64,000 bases of DNA from positions 1,856 to 65,855 of the forward strand of contig CAZRKW010000001.1 in the NCBI GenBank assembly GCA_964600355.1, in the 5' to 3' direction. Positions 29,315 through 38,672 of the stretch are shown here, piece after piece (position 1 is the first letter of the stretch; each line of letters begins with the position of its first letter). The notes beneath the pieces are model-generated. The model worked only from the letters and a program-made list of their open reading frames with translations. It had not been told where the DNA came from and did no database searches. The DNA comes from an uncultured Acidobacteriaceae bacterium. GTDB taxonomy: Bacteria > Acidobacteriota > Terriglobia > Acidiferrales > UBA7541. Made by a program: the position numbers and the translations under genes.

Positions 29315-29971
29315 CTACGGCGCGACGATGTGGTTCCGCAGCGCGTAGCGGACAAGTTCGGTGACGGAGTGAATTTGCAGTTTGCGCATGAGGTTCGCGC
29401 GGTGGGTGTCGGCAGTCTTCGTACTAATACCTAGCGTGGAAGCGGCTTCCCGGCTGTTTTTGCCTTCGGCGATCAGTTGCAGCAGTTGCAGTTCGCGCGC
29501 CGTCAACGGTTCCTCCCAATTGTAGGCCGATGGAGAAAAGTCACTGTGGGTCTTTTTGGAATTCAGCATTAATTCCGTTGCGCAGATTGCGAAGAACGGC
29601 CGGTGATTCTCCAGCGCCTCGACGGCCGCAATCAGGTCGCGGTCGGAATCGCTCTTGAGAATGTAGCCGCGCACGCCGGCACTCAGTAGATCCCGAATCA
29701 GCTGGTTGGAATGGTCTACCGTGAAGATCAGCGTTTCTATCTGCAGCGACAGCTTCAGGATGCGCTTGGCCGCTTCCAGCCCGTTGAGTTCCGGCATGTT
29801 GAAATCGAGGATGGCGATATGGGGCTTGAATTCCTGGCATTTGAGGACGGCTTCATTTCCGTTGCGCGCCTCGGCACATACCTCCCACCCAGGACGCATC
29901 TCCAGCAGAGTTCTCACTCCGCGGCGAACCAGATCGTGATCGTCGGCGACGAGTATCTTAAGGGGCGGCAC
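29315..29971 (-). CDS. NarL/FixJ-family response regulator (REC plus LuxR-type HTH)
   Basis: ILVADDHDLVR, the phospho-acceptor AILDFNMPELNG, and the C-terminal LTARELQLLQLIAEGKNSREAASTLGISTKTADTHRANLMRKL. Confidence 0.9.
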   Translation of the reverse strand: MPPLKILVADDHDLVRRGVRTLLEMRPGWEVCAEARNGNEAVLKCQEFKPHIAILDFNMPELNGLEAAKRILKLSLQIETLIFTVDHSNQLIRDLLSAGVRGYILKSDSDRDLIAAVEALENHRPFFAICATELMLNSKKTHSDFSPSAYNWEEPLTARELQLLQLIAEGKNSREAASTLGISTKTADTHRANLMRKLQIHSVTELVRYALRNHIVAP

Positions 29972-30175
29972 CTCAACACCTTTCCGAGGAAGGCGAGGCG
30001 CCGTGGCGGTTGGCGCTTCACCGTAAGCAACACAGAGAGTGTAGGCCTGGCTACCGTAAAGTAAGAATGCACGGAAGACAGTAGTTCAGCGGTCAGTTTA
30101 CTGTAGGCAGTTAAGCGTTTGCCTGGCTAAAGCGAAGTGAGAGCTCTCCATGTGTACCGGCGACATTGACGGCGG

Positions 30176-31273
30176 CTAGAGTGTGACGTGGTCGGCAGCG
30201 CGGCGGGCTGAACCCGAAGCGCGGCTCTCTGTCACGCGGCGCGTGATTTCGGCTGCGAGTTGATTCAGCGGGAACACGCCGTCAGCCTGCCCCGCCGCAT
30301 ACACGAGGCCTGGCATCCCCCAAACGACCGAAGAGGCTTCGTCCTGGATGATTACGTGGCCTCCGGCTTCGCGAATTTTCTGGGAACCAATCACTCCGTC
30401 CGCTCCCATTCCGGTCATGACAATCGCGAGAGCGCTGGCGCCATACATGGAAGCCACCGACCGGAAGAGAACGTCGACGGCCGGGCGGCATGAGTTCTCA
30501 GGGGGATCCTGATTCAGGCTGAGTCGCGCACTCAGGCCCGAGCGTTTGACGGTCATGTGGAAGTTGCCGGGCGCGATCCACGCGTGGCCGGGTGCGAGCG
30601 GGACGTCGGCGGCACCTTCTTCGACGGGAATGCGGGAGCGGCTTGCGAGCCGATCGGCAAGCATCTTGGTAAACAGGGGCGGCATGTGCTGGACGGCGAC
30701 AATCGGAACGGGAAAGTCTTTCGCGAATCCCGGAACAACTTCGGCAAGCGCGTTGGGGCCGCCTGTGGAGGTGCCAATGGCCACAATCTCGATGGGGCGC
30801 GGGATCGTGGGTCGCATTCTGGGAACAATGCGCGGCGGCGGTTTCACCGCGGGCCTTGCCGCAGGCCGCGTGCAGAGCGCCTTGATTTTGGGGATCAGGT
30901 CGGCCTTGATCCGTTCGACAGCGACCGCCATGCTGCCGGTATTGCTGGGCTTGGTCACGTAGTCGGATGCGCCCAGGGAGAGCGCGTCGAGTGTGGAGGA
31001 CGCGCCTCGTTCGGTGAGGGTGCTGAACATGATCACCGGGAGGCTGGGGTAGAGTTTGCGGACCTCGGCGAGAGTCTGGAGGCCATCCATAACAGGCATC
31101 TCGACGTCGAGGGTCAGCAGGTCGGGATGAAGCTGGGCGATCTTCGACAGGCCTATGCGCCCGTCGCCGGCCGTCGCGACAACCTCAATATCCGGGTCCG
31201 AGGATAAAGTTTCCGATAGGATTTTGCGGATGACGACCGAGTCATCGACAACGAGTATGCGCAGAGGAGCCAT
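30176..31273 (-). CDS. cheB: Chemotaxis protein-glutamate methylesterase/response regulator CheB
   Basis: REC domain (RILVVDDS...LTLDVEMPVMDG) plus the methylesterase domain with IGTSTGGP and the catalytic His/Asp context. The ATG at 31273 is preferred; the track start at 31309 is a TTG alternative. Confidence 0.9.
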   Translation of the reverse strand: MAPLRILVVDDSVVIRKILSETLSSDPDIEVVATAGDGRIGLSKIAQLHPDLLTLDVEMPVMDGLQTLAEVRKLYPSLPVIMFSTLTERGASSTLDALSLGASDYVTKPSNTGSMAVAVERIKADLIPKIKALCTRPAARPAVKPPPRIVPRMRPTIPRPIEIVAIGTSTGGPNALAEVVPGFAKDFPVPIVAVQHMPPLFTKMLADRLASRSRIPVEEGAADVPLAPGHAWIAPGNFHMTVKRSGLSARLSLNQDPPENSCRPAVDVLFRSVASMYGASALAIVMTGMGADGVIGSQKIREAGGHVIIQDEASSVVWGMPGLVYAAGQADGVFPLNQLAAEITRRVTESRASGSARRAADHVTL

Positions 31274-31312
31274 GCTAGCTTCCCATGAACCTGAATGCTG
31301 TTTGCTCAACAG

Positions 31313-31771
31313 CTAAGTTTGTATCGCCGCGACTTCGCTGGTCTCCGCCACCTGGCAGGCTTTTTCGGTGTCGAGCACGTGCAGGAGGCGGTCGTCGAGT
31401 TTGTGGACGCCGAGAATTACCGTGCGGACCATGCCGCGCAGGGTTTCCGGCGGCGGCTCAAACGAGTCTTCCTCGACTTCGACCACATCTCCAATCTGAT
31501 CGACCAGCAGACTCACGGCGCAATTTTCGCTGCGGACCACTACGTTCATGGGCTGGGCCTCGCCGGGACGCGGCGCAATGTCGAGGCGCTTGCGCAAGTC
31601 GATGGCGGTAACGATCTGGCCGCGCAGGTTGATGAGGCCGCTGACTACTCCCGAGGAGAGCGGGACGCGCGTCACCTCCAAAAAGCGAATGACTTCCTGA
31701 ACGTCGGTGAGCTTCACGCCGAAGAGCAGGCCGTCGAGGTAAAAGGTGCAGAATTGGAGTTTTTGGGCCAT
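31313..31771 (-). CDS. cheW: Chemotaxis coupling protein CheW
   Basis: 152 aa with a FYLDGLLFGV....V.EV......T.VP......V.G.INLRG.IV..IDLR pattern. Confidence 0.9.
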   Translation of the reverse strand: MAQKLQFCTFYLDGLLFGVKLTDVQEVIRFLEVTRVPLSSGVVSGLINLRGQIVTAIDLRKRLDIAPRPGEAQPMNVVVRSENCAVSLLVDQIGDVVEVEEDSFEPPPETLRGMVRTVILGVHKLDDRLLHVLDTEKACQVAETSEVAAIQT

Positions 31772-31779
31772 GAGCTTAC

Positions 31780-34029
31780 TTACTGGATGACCTCCGCCGC
31801 GCGTTCGTCCTGGAAGGCCTCGATGCCGCTGCCTTCGAGGATGGCGGGTATATCGATCAGCTCGGTGACTTGTCCCTGAACGACGGCTGAATACAACACG
31901 CCCGCGCGGCTCGCGGGATACCTGACTTCAGCGCTATCTTCGACGATGTCAACGATCTGCTCGACCATGACGCCGACGCGCTGTCCCTTGTAGTTGCAGA
32001 CGAGAATCTGAAGGCGGGCGTTCTCCGCCCCCGCGGCAAAGAACTTCTTGTGCCGGCGGCGGCTGCGCCGCTCCTCGAGAGCGAAAGCCAGGTTGACGAG
32101 CGGAAGAATCTGGCCGCGATATTGTGCGACCCATCGCGTGCCCGATCTTTCCACCTGCGAGGCGGGGATTTCTTCGAGTCGCGCGAGCGTGTCGAGGGGC
32201 ACGGCCATGTGCGCTTCGTCCGGGCCGGTGAACAGCAGGAAGGAACTCTTCTGGCTGACCTGTGGCCCGGTTCCAGTTACGGCCTCTTCCAGCTCTCGGT
32301 CGTGCGTTTCGCCAATGATGTTGGCGCGCTGAGCGACGCCCAGCACGTCCAGAATCAGGGCAACGCTACCATCTCCCATGATGCTGGCGCCGGCAAACGT
32401 CTTGATGCCCTTGATCTGTTTGCTCAGGGGCTTCACGACGATTTCTTCCGTGTCATTGATCGTGTCGACGATCAGGCCGAACGGGCGGCCGTCCGCCTGC
32501 AAGACGACGATATTGATGGCACCGGCGGCTTCCGCCCCGTCTTTCGGCTTCACGTCCAGTTCGTGCCGCAGGTAGGCGAGAGGCAAGAGGCGCTCTCGAA
32601 GGCGGTAAACCGGCGCGCCATGCACGAGCTCGATTTTCGTTTTGGCCTGCTCGGCTTCCAGGCGCACCAGCTCCAGCAGGCTCACCTGCGGAATGGCGTA
32701 ACGGTCCCCGGCGCAGGTGACCACCAAGGCGGGGATAATCGCCAGCGTCAGCGGAATCTTCACGCGAACGGTGCTGCCGTGCCCGGGCGTCGATTGCACG
32801 TCGACGGTGCCGCCAATCTTTTCGACGTTGGTCTTGACGACATCCATGCCGACGCCGCGACCGGAGACGTTGGTAACCTTCTCGGCGGTCGAGAATCCGG
32901 GCAAGAAAATGAGGTTGTAGGTTTCGCGGTCGGCCATACGCGCGGCCTGGTCAGGGCTTAGAAGCCCGCGTTCGACGGCCTTCTGCTTGATGCGATCGCG
33001 ATTCAACCCGCCGCCATCGTCGCTGATTTCAATGTTGACCTGCCCACCCTGATGAAACGCGCGCAACAAGAGCCGACCCGTTCTCGGCTTCCCGGCCTTG
33101 ACGCGCACTTCCGGCAATTCAATCCCGTGATCGACCGCGTTGCGCACGAGATGGGTGAGCGGATCCTTGATCGCCTCGATGATGGTCTTGTCGAGCTCGG
33201 TCTCCTTGCCTTCCATTTCGATGGCCACTTCCTTGCCGCAGCCGAGGGCCACGTCGCGCACGGTGCGCGGGAACTGGTTCCAGATGTTGCCGATGGGCTG
33301 CATGCGCGTCTTCATCACTTCGCCCTGCAGCTCGGTGGCGATGAGGTTCAGTCGCTGGGACACGGCCTGGAGGCTGGCGTTTTCGACAAGGTTCGAATAT
33401 TGGAGAAGCTGGTTGCGCGCGAGAACCAGCTCGCCGACCAGGGTCATCAGGTTGTCGAGAAGGTTCACGCCTACGCGGATCGTTTCGGAGGACGCCGTGC
33501 CGGTTGCGGCGGGCGGCGCTTCGGATTTGGCAGCAGGCTGAATGACTGCTTTTTCGACTTCCTTCGCTTCAATAATCGGAGGGGCCACAGGGGGCGGGGG
33601 CGCAGCGCTGGGCGACGCGGGTGGCGCATCCGGCTTTGCCCCGGACGATTGCAGCAGCTTCAGGCGCTCCAACAGGCCGGAATAATCGGCATCGCCCTCA
33701 AGGCCCGTCGTTTTTATTTCGGCAAGGATCTGGCGGATGGCATCCACCATCCCCAGCAGAACGGTGGTGATTTCCGGGGTCAGGTTCAGGCGGCCATCGC
33801 GGAGAAGGCTGAGCAGGTTCTCGCCGGCGTGGGCCACTTTTTCGAGCTTTCCGAAACCAAGAAATCCGCAGGTGCCTTTGATCGTGTGGATGGTGCGGAA
33901 AACGCCGGCCAGGGAGTCGCGGTTCTGGGGATCCTTTTCGAGGCTGACGAGTTCGCGGTCGAGCCGGTCGAGGTTTTCGTAACTCTCGGCCAGGAATTCG
34001 CTGACGATGTCGCTGTCGTTTGCGGGCAT
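31780..34029 (-). CDS. cheA: Chemotaxis histidine kinase CheA with two C-terminal CheW-like domains
   Basis: Hpt domain with FRTIHTIKG, the dimerisation/HATPase region (HLVRNAVDHGIE, DDGGGL, GRGVGMDVV), then two successive CheW-like segments (YAIPQVSLLELV... and FLLFTGPDEAHMAVPLDTLARLEE...). The start is set at the Met preceding PANDSDIVSEF. Confidence 0.9.
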   Translation of the reverse strand: MPANDSDIVSEFLAESYENLDRLDRELVSLEKDPQNRDSLAGVFRTIHTIKGTCGFLGFGKLEKVAHAGENLLSLLRDGRLNLTPEITTVLLGMVDAIRQILAEIKTTGLEGDADYSGLLERLKLLQSSGAKPDAPPASPSAAPPPPVAPPIIEAKEVEKAVIQPAAKSEAPPAATGTASSETIRVGVNLLDNLMTLVGELVLARNQLLQYSNLVENASLQAVSQRLNLIATELQGEVMKTRMQPIGNIWNQFPRTVRDVALGCGKEVAIEMEGKETELDKTIIEAIKDPLTHLVRNAVDHGIELPEVRVKAGKPRTGRLLLRAFHQGGQVNIEISDDGGGLNRDRIKQKAVERGLLSPDQAARMADRETYNLIFLPGFSTAEKVTNVSGRGVGMDVVKTNVEKIGGTVDVQSTPGHGSTVRVKIPLTLAIIPALVVTCAGDRYAIPQVSLLELVRLEAEQAKTKIELVHGAPVYRLRERLLPLAYLRHELDVKPKDGAEAAGAINIVVLQADGRPFGLIVDTINDTEEIVVKPLSKQIKGIKTFAGASIMGDGSVALILDVLGVAQRANIIGETHDRELEEAVTGTGPQVSQKSSFLLFTGPDEAHMAVPLDTLARLEEIPASQVERSGTRWVAQYRGQILPLVNLAFALEERRSRRRHKKFFAAGAENARLQILVCNYKGQRVGVMVEQIVDIVEDSAEVRYPASRAGVLYSAVVQGQVTELIDIPAILEGSGIEAFQDERAAEVIQ

Positions 34030-34212
34030 TCCGTTCACTTTTGAAACTGATCTGTTTGACGGGGCGGAGTTGCTCCGCCGCGAGGATGGCGTGACGCTGT
34101 TCTCGCGGCCGGGAATTCCGCCGGACGTATTCCTACTGTGTATCGTCCCAGGGTGATTCTTCTTTAGGAGGGCGGAGCTCAGCCTCAATGCGTGCCGCGG
34201 ACGAGATTCGGT

Positions 34213-35505
34213 CTATCGCAAAGCCCCGAGTTGGAAATTGAGGGCGGAGGTTTGCGCTTCGTAATCGTATTTGGCGGAGGCTTGCTCAATCTGTGCCTGT
34301 GTCAGATTAAGCTGAGCCTGACTGAGTTCCACGATGGAGCTGAGACCCAATTTATAGCGCGACTGCGCGAGATCGAGTGCGTCACTTGCTTCGGCGAGGA
34401 GTTTGTCAGTGACCGAAAGGCGCTGAAAAGCCGAGTTGGCGTTCAGCCAAGCCATCTGAACGTCGCGGACGATACGGTCCTGCAAGGCGCGCAGGTATTG
34501 ATTCTCGGCGCGGGCACGAGCAGCAGCCTCCGACTCCAACGCCGAATACAAGTGACCGTTGAAGATCGGAATGTTGACGTTGAATCCAGCAGCGGCGTAT
34601 CGCGGACCCAGGGGAAATTCAGCGTACGGCGTAAGTCCCGCGACGCCCAGGGCGGAAATGGTGGGAAAACGCAGATCACGCTCCGCCGTGGCATAGTTCT
34701 GCGCTGACTGGACGTCCAGGCGCTGGCCAATCATTTCCGGGCGGTCTCTGAGGGCCTGCTGGATCAGCGGAGCGACGTCGGCAGGTGGCGGAGGGGGAAG
34801 AGACTCATCGGCCAATTGAAAGGTCCGCTGATCCGAATAGCCGAGGGCTTCCGAAAGCTGAGCGTAAGAAGACTGCAGATCGTCTCGCGCCTGAATTTGC
34901 AGCAGCTGCGATTGGGCGAGATCCACGTTGGCGAAGCTGACATCCAAACCGGACTTGATCTTGTTCTTCGCCAACTCGGTGATCTGGTCAGAAACGAGCT
35001 GGCGCGACTGGACGGTTTGATCCGCGACCGTGAGAACGGCTTGAGCGCGCAATACCGCGTAAAAGGCCCCGTCAACCTGCAGAATAACGCCAGCTCGCGT
35101 GGTAACGACGTTTTCCTGCTGGGCCTGCGCGCGCTGATCCGAGCTCCTGACGAGTTCGTGGGTGCGGCCGAAATCGGTGAGGAGCTGGCTGACAGTGAGG
35201 CCGTTTGAATAGCGCTCATAGATGATCGGGTTATTCAGACCGCCGGCCGCGATGCGGCTGTTATGCTCCCCGTCCACTCCGGTTAGGCTGCCGTAGACGG
35301 TTGGGTAATATGCCGAGCGGGCTTGCGTCACTTGCGCCTGGGCGGCCGCGGCCAAATTCGCGGCTGCCTGGATCTGAGGGTGATTCTGAATCGCGATTTG
35401 CTCGGCTTCACGGAGACTCAACGTTTGAATTGCTTGTCCGGCGGCGGCCCCTGAGACAATGGTGGTGAAAACCACGAGCGCGAAAAGTCGAATTCGGATC
35501 CTCAT
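34213..35505 (-). CDS. TolC-family outer membrane efflux protein
   Basis: Signal peptide MRIRIRLFALVVFTTIVSGAAAG, and a duplicated OEP repeat pattern with Q/A/L-rich coiled helices. The ATG at 35505 overlaps the stop of the upstream RND gene by 4 nt (ATGA). The longer track N-terminus lies inside the RND gene. Confidence 0.85.
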   Translation of the reverse strand: MRIRIRLFALVVFTTIVSGAAAGQAIQTLSLREAEQIAIQNHPQIQAAANLAAAAQAQVTQARSAYYPTVYGSLTGVDGEHNSRIAAGGLNNPIIYERYSNGLTVSQLLTDFGRTHELVRSSDQRAQAQQENVVTTRAGVILQVDGAFYAVLRAQAVLTVADQTVQSRQLVSDQITELAKNKIKSGLDVSFANVDLAQSQLLQIQARDDLQSSYAQLSEALGYSDQRTFQLADESLPPPPPADVAPLIQQALRDRPEMIGQRLDVQSAQNYATAERDLRFPTISALGVAGLTPYAEFPLGPRYAAAGFNVNIPIFNGHLYSALESEAAARARAENQYLRALQDRIVRDVQMAWLNANSAFQRLSVTDKLLAEASDALDLAQSRYKLGLSSIVELSQAQLNLTQAQIEQASAKYDYEAQTSALNFQLGALR

Positions 35506-38500
35506 CGGGCTTCCTCCGTGACAGCGGGCGCCTGGAACTCCGCGCGGCGCTGGTAGATCAAAAGATATGCGGCGGGAACCACAAAAATTGTAAGGACAAC
35601 GGATACGGTGAGGCCGCCGATGATCACCCGTGCGAGAGGAGCGTAAGCCTCGCTCCCCGATTCCAGTTTCAGCGCCATAGGCAGAAGGCCGACGATGGAG
35701 GCAAGCGACGTCATCAAGATGGGACGTAAGCGTAACCGGCACGAGTGGGCCACCGCGCTGCGAACGTCGCGGCCTTCCAAACGGAGGCGATTTGCAAAAT
35801 CGACGATCAAAATGCTGTTGGAGACCACCATACCCGTGAGCATCACGATTCCCATGAGCGATTGAATATTGAGTGTGGTGTCGGTGAAAGCCAGCGTGAG
35901 GATCACCCCGATGAGGCCGGTGGGAACGGCGAGTACGATCAAAAAAGGGTCGATGAAGGACGCGAACTGGGCGACCAGAACGAGGTAAACCAATAGAACC
36001 GACAAGAGCAATCCAAAACCAAAGCTCCGGAACGAGGAGTTCATGGTGGCGATCAAACCGCGAATGTTCACGCGAATGTTCGGCGGCAGGCGCTCGGCGG
36101 CGACGATCTTCGCGATTTCCTTCGAAGGCCGGCCAAGGTCCTCGGCAGCGGGCGCGACATATACGTCAATTGTGCGCTGCAGTTGATAGTGGTCTACTTC
36201 GGTGGGACTTACGGTTGGGGTGACATCAGCGACCTGATTTAAGTAGGTAGGAAGCTTCAGGGCCGGGGCGCGCAATGGCATCGTCTTCAGATCTTCGAGG
36301 GTCTTCACCTGATTTTCCGGATACTGCACGGTGACGAAATAATTGTTGCCGCTCTTCGGGTCGACCCAGTAGCTAGGCGCAATCATCGCATCGGAAGTGA
36401 GCGCTGTAATCAGGTTGCCAACAACTTCCCTGGGACTAAGGCCGAGCTGGCTGGCTCGCTCGCGATTGACGTTCACTTGTAAAGCGGGATAGTCCATATC
36501 CTGCGGAATGTAAACATCCGATACTCCGGGCAGAGCTTTGATCTGGCGCGACAAATCCAGAGCCAGGGCGTCGGCGGCTTCCAAGTCACTCCCGCTCACC
36601 TGCACATCGATGGGCGCCGGCATTCCCTGGTTGAGCACGGAGTCCACGAGTCCGCCCGATTGGAAGTACGTTCGCAACTCCGGCAGCTGGGCAGAAACCC
36701 GCTTTCGAACTTCGTTCATGTAGACAAAGCTGCCGACCTTGTGTTCTTCGTTGAGACCGACCTGAATGAAGGCAGTGTGCATGCCGGAGTTGGGAGTGGT
36801 CAAAGCGGAGAGATCGGGAGTCAATCCAATATTCGATACGACGGCATTGAGGTCACCCGGACGAATGACATCGCGAACGATGGCTTCCACCTTTTCCACA
36901 TAGGCTTCGGTGATCTCTAATCGAGTGCCAGTGGGCGCCTTCACGTTAATGATGAACTGGCCCGCGTCCGTGCGTGGAAAAAACGAAACTCCGATCAATG
37001 GATAGAACGCGAAGGCCAACAGAAACACGCCGATAAAGGCGAAGGTAAACTCTTTTGGGCGATCCAGGACTTTTTGAATCAAGCGGTCGTACGCGCCGAG
37101 CATGCGTTCGAAGCGAGCGTTAAACCAGCCGTGGAATTTTCCCGCCCAGGATCCAGCCGACGCGTGGGACGGCTGATCTTCCACGTTATGGGCCAGCTCG
37201 CGAAGCATCTTTGCGCAGTAGAGCGGCACAACCGACACCGCAACAAAATAGGAGGCGAACAGCGAAATCACAACAGCGAGCGCAAGAGCGGTGAAGAGAT
37301 ATTTGCTGACTCCGAAGAGCAGCGTGACCGGAAAAAAGACCACAACGGTAACGATGGTGATGGCCAGCACGGCGACCGAAACTTCGTTGGCGCCCACCTC
37401 CGCGGCCACGAGGGGGGACTCGCCAAGTTCGAGATGGCGGAAGATATTTTCCAGAACGATCACGGAGTTGTCTATCAAGCGGGAAAAGGCCAGAGCCAGG
37501 CCGCTGAGAACCATGCTGTTAATCGTTTCGCCATCCATGTGGAGCAGAAAAACGGTGGCCATCACCGAGAGCGGAATGGAAAGGAACACGGCCGCGGTCG
37601 CGCGAAGGCTCCCGAGAAAAATCAGGATCATGACTGCGGTGAGCAGCAACCCGATCCCGCCCTCCCGCAGAACCGTCGAAATCGCCTGCTTGACGAAAAG
37701 GGACTGGTCGAAAACGACGTGCGTTTTTAACTGAGCCGGGATGTCGCGCAGGTCCTTGATTGCCCTTTCAATACCACTGACGACGGCAATCGTGTTTGTG
37801 TCGCCGCCCTGTTTCAGAATCGGATCGTAAACGGATCGCTGTCCGTTGACGCGGACAATATTGTATTGCAGGGCCGCTCCATCGACGGCCTTGCCAACGT
37901 CAGAAACAAATACGGATCTATCGCCCTCGGTTTTCAGAGGGATGTCGTTGAGCGCCTGAGGGCTCGGTACCTGGGCATTGGTGTAGAGGTTGTAATCCAT
38001 GGCACCGATGCGGACATCCCCGGCGGGCAAGATGAGATTGGATTCATCCGTGGCGCGAACCACATCCATGGGGCTCAGCTGATTTGCCTGGAGCTTCAGG
38101 GGGTCAACATACACCATGATCTGCCGATACTTGCCGCCGTAAGGAGGGGGCACGGTGGCGCCCGGAACACCCGCAATCTGGTTGCGAATCGCAAATTGAA
38201 GGTAGTCGTGCAACTGAGTTTCGTCGAGTCCCTGGCCTTCCACAGTCAGCAAGCAAACGGGAAGGTTCGAGGCGTCCATACTCATGACAACCGGCGGCAA
38301 GGTGCCTTGCGGCAGGCGACGCAGATCCGCCATTGCGAGATTGGAAATCTGCGTAACGTCGGCATTGGCGGAAGTGCCCGGCTGGAAATAAATTTTGATG
38401 AGGCTCACGCCTGCCATGGACCGCGACTCCATGTGGTCAATACCGCTGCCCAAGGTGAAGAACCGCTCGAAGGTGTCAGTAATATCCGCCTCGATCTGCT

Positions 38501-38663
38501 GAGGCGGCATGCCACTATAAAATGTGGCCACCATGACTACGGGAATGTTGATCGGCGGAAACATATCCACCGGCATCTGAACGAGACCTGAAAGGCCCAA
38601 CACACAGACGAAGAGACAGATCACAACGATGAAATACGGATATTTCAAGGAAAATGAAGGCAT
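35502..38663 (-). CDS. RND efflux permease (AcrB/CzcA superfamily), second system
   Basis: 1053 aa, N-terminus LKYPYFIVVICLFVCVLGL, two large periplasmic loops, 12 TM helices and conserved IDNSVIVLENI. Confidence 0.95.
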   Translation of the reverse strand: MPSFSLKYPYFIVVICLFVCVLGLSGLVQMPVDMFPPINIPVVMVATFYSGMPPQQIEADITDTFERFFTLGSGIDHMESRSMAGVSLIKIYFQPGTSANADVTQISNLAMADLRRLPQGTLPPVVMSMDASNLPVCLLTVEGQGLDETQLHDYLQFAIRNQIAGVPGATVPPPYGGKYRQIMVYVDPLKLQANQLSPMDVVRATDESNLILPAGDVRIGAMDYNLYTNAQVPSPQALNDIPLKTEGDRSVFVSDVGKAVDGAALQYNIVRVNGQRSVYDPILKQGGDTNTIAVVSGIERAIKDLRDIPAQLKTHVVFDQSLFVKQAISTVLREGGIGLLLTAVMILIFLGSLRATAAVFLSIPLSVMATVFLLHMDGETINSMVLSGLALAFSRLIDNSVIVLENIFRHLELGESPLVAAEVGANEVSVAVLAITIVTVVVFFPVTLLFGVSKYLFTALALAVVISLFASYFVAVSVVPLYCAKMLRELAHNVEDQPSHASAGSWAGKFHGWFNARFERMLGAYDRLIQKVLDRPKEFTFAFIGVFLLAFAFYPLIGVSFFPRTDAGQFIINVKAPTGTRLEITEAYVEKVEAIVRDVIRPGDLNAVVSNIGLTPDLSALTTPNSGMHTAFIQVGLNEEHKVGSFVYMNEVRKRVSAQLPELRTYFQSGGLVDSVLNQGMPAPIDVQVSGSDLEAADALALDLSRQIKALPGVSDVYIPQDMDYPALQVNVNRERASQLGLSPREVVGNLITALTSDAMIAPSYWVDPKSGNNYFVTVQYPENQVKTLEDLKTMPLRAPALKLPTYLNQVADVTPTVSPTEVDHYQLQRTIDVYVAPAAEDLGRPSKEIAKIVAAERLPPNIRVNIRGLIATMNSSFRSFGFGLLLSVLLVYLVLVAQFASFIDPFLIVLAVPTGLIGVILTLAFTDTTLNIQSLMGIVMLTGMVVSNSILIVDFANRLRLEGRDVRSAVAHSCRLRLRPILMTSLASIVGLLPMALKLESGSEAYAPLARVIIGGLTVSVVLTIFVVPAAYLLIYQRRAEFQAPAVTEEAR

Positions 38664-38672
38664 GCCAGACTC

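Noticed and set aside
32050-34044. Plus-strand ORFs 32050..32961 and 33052..34044
   Set aside because: Both lie antisense inside cheA, which shows Hpt, HATPase and CheW-like motifs on the minus strand.
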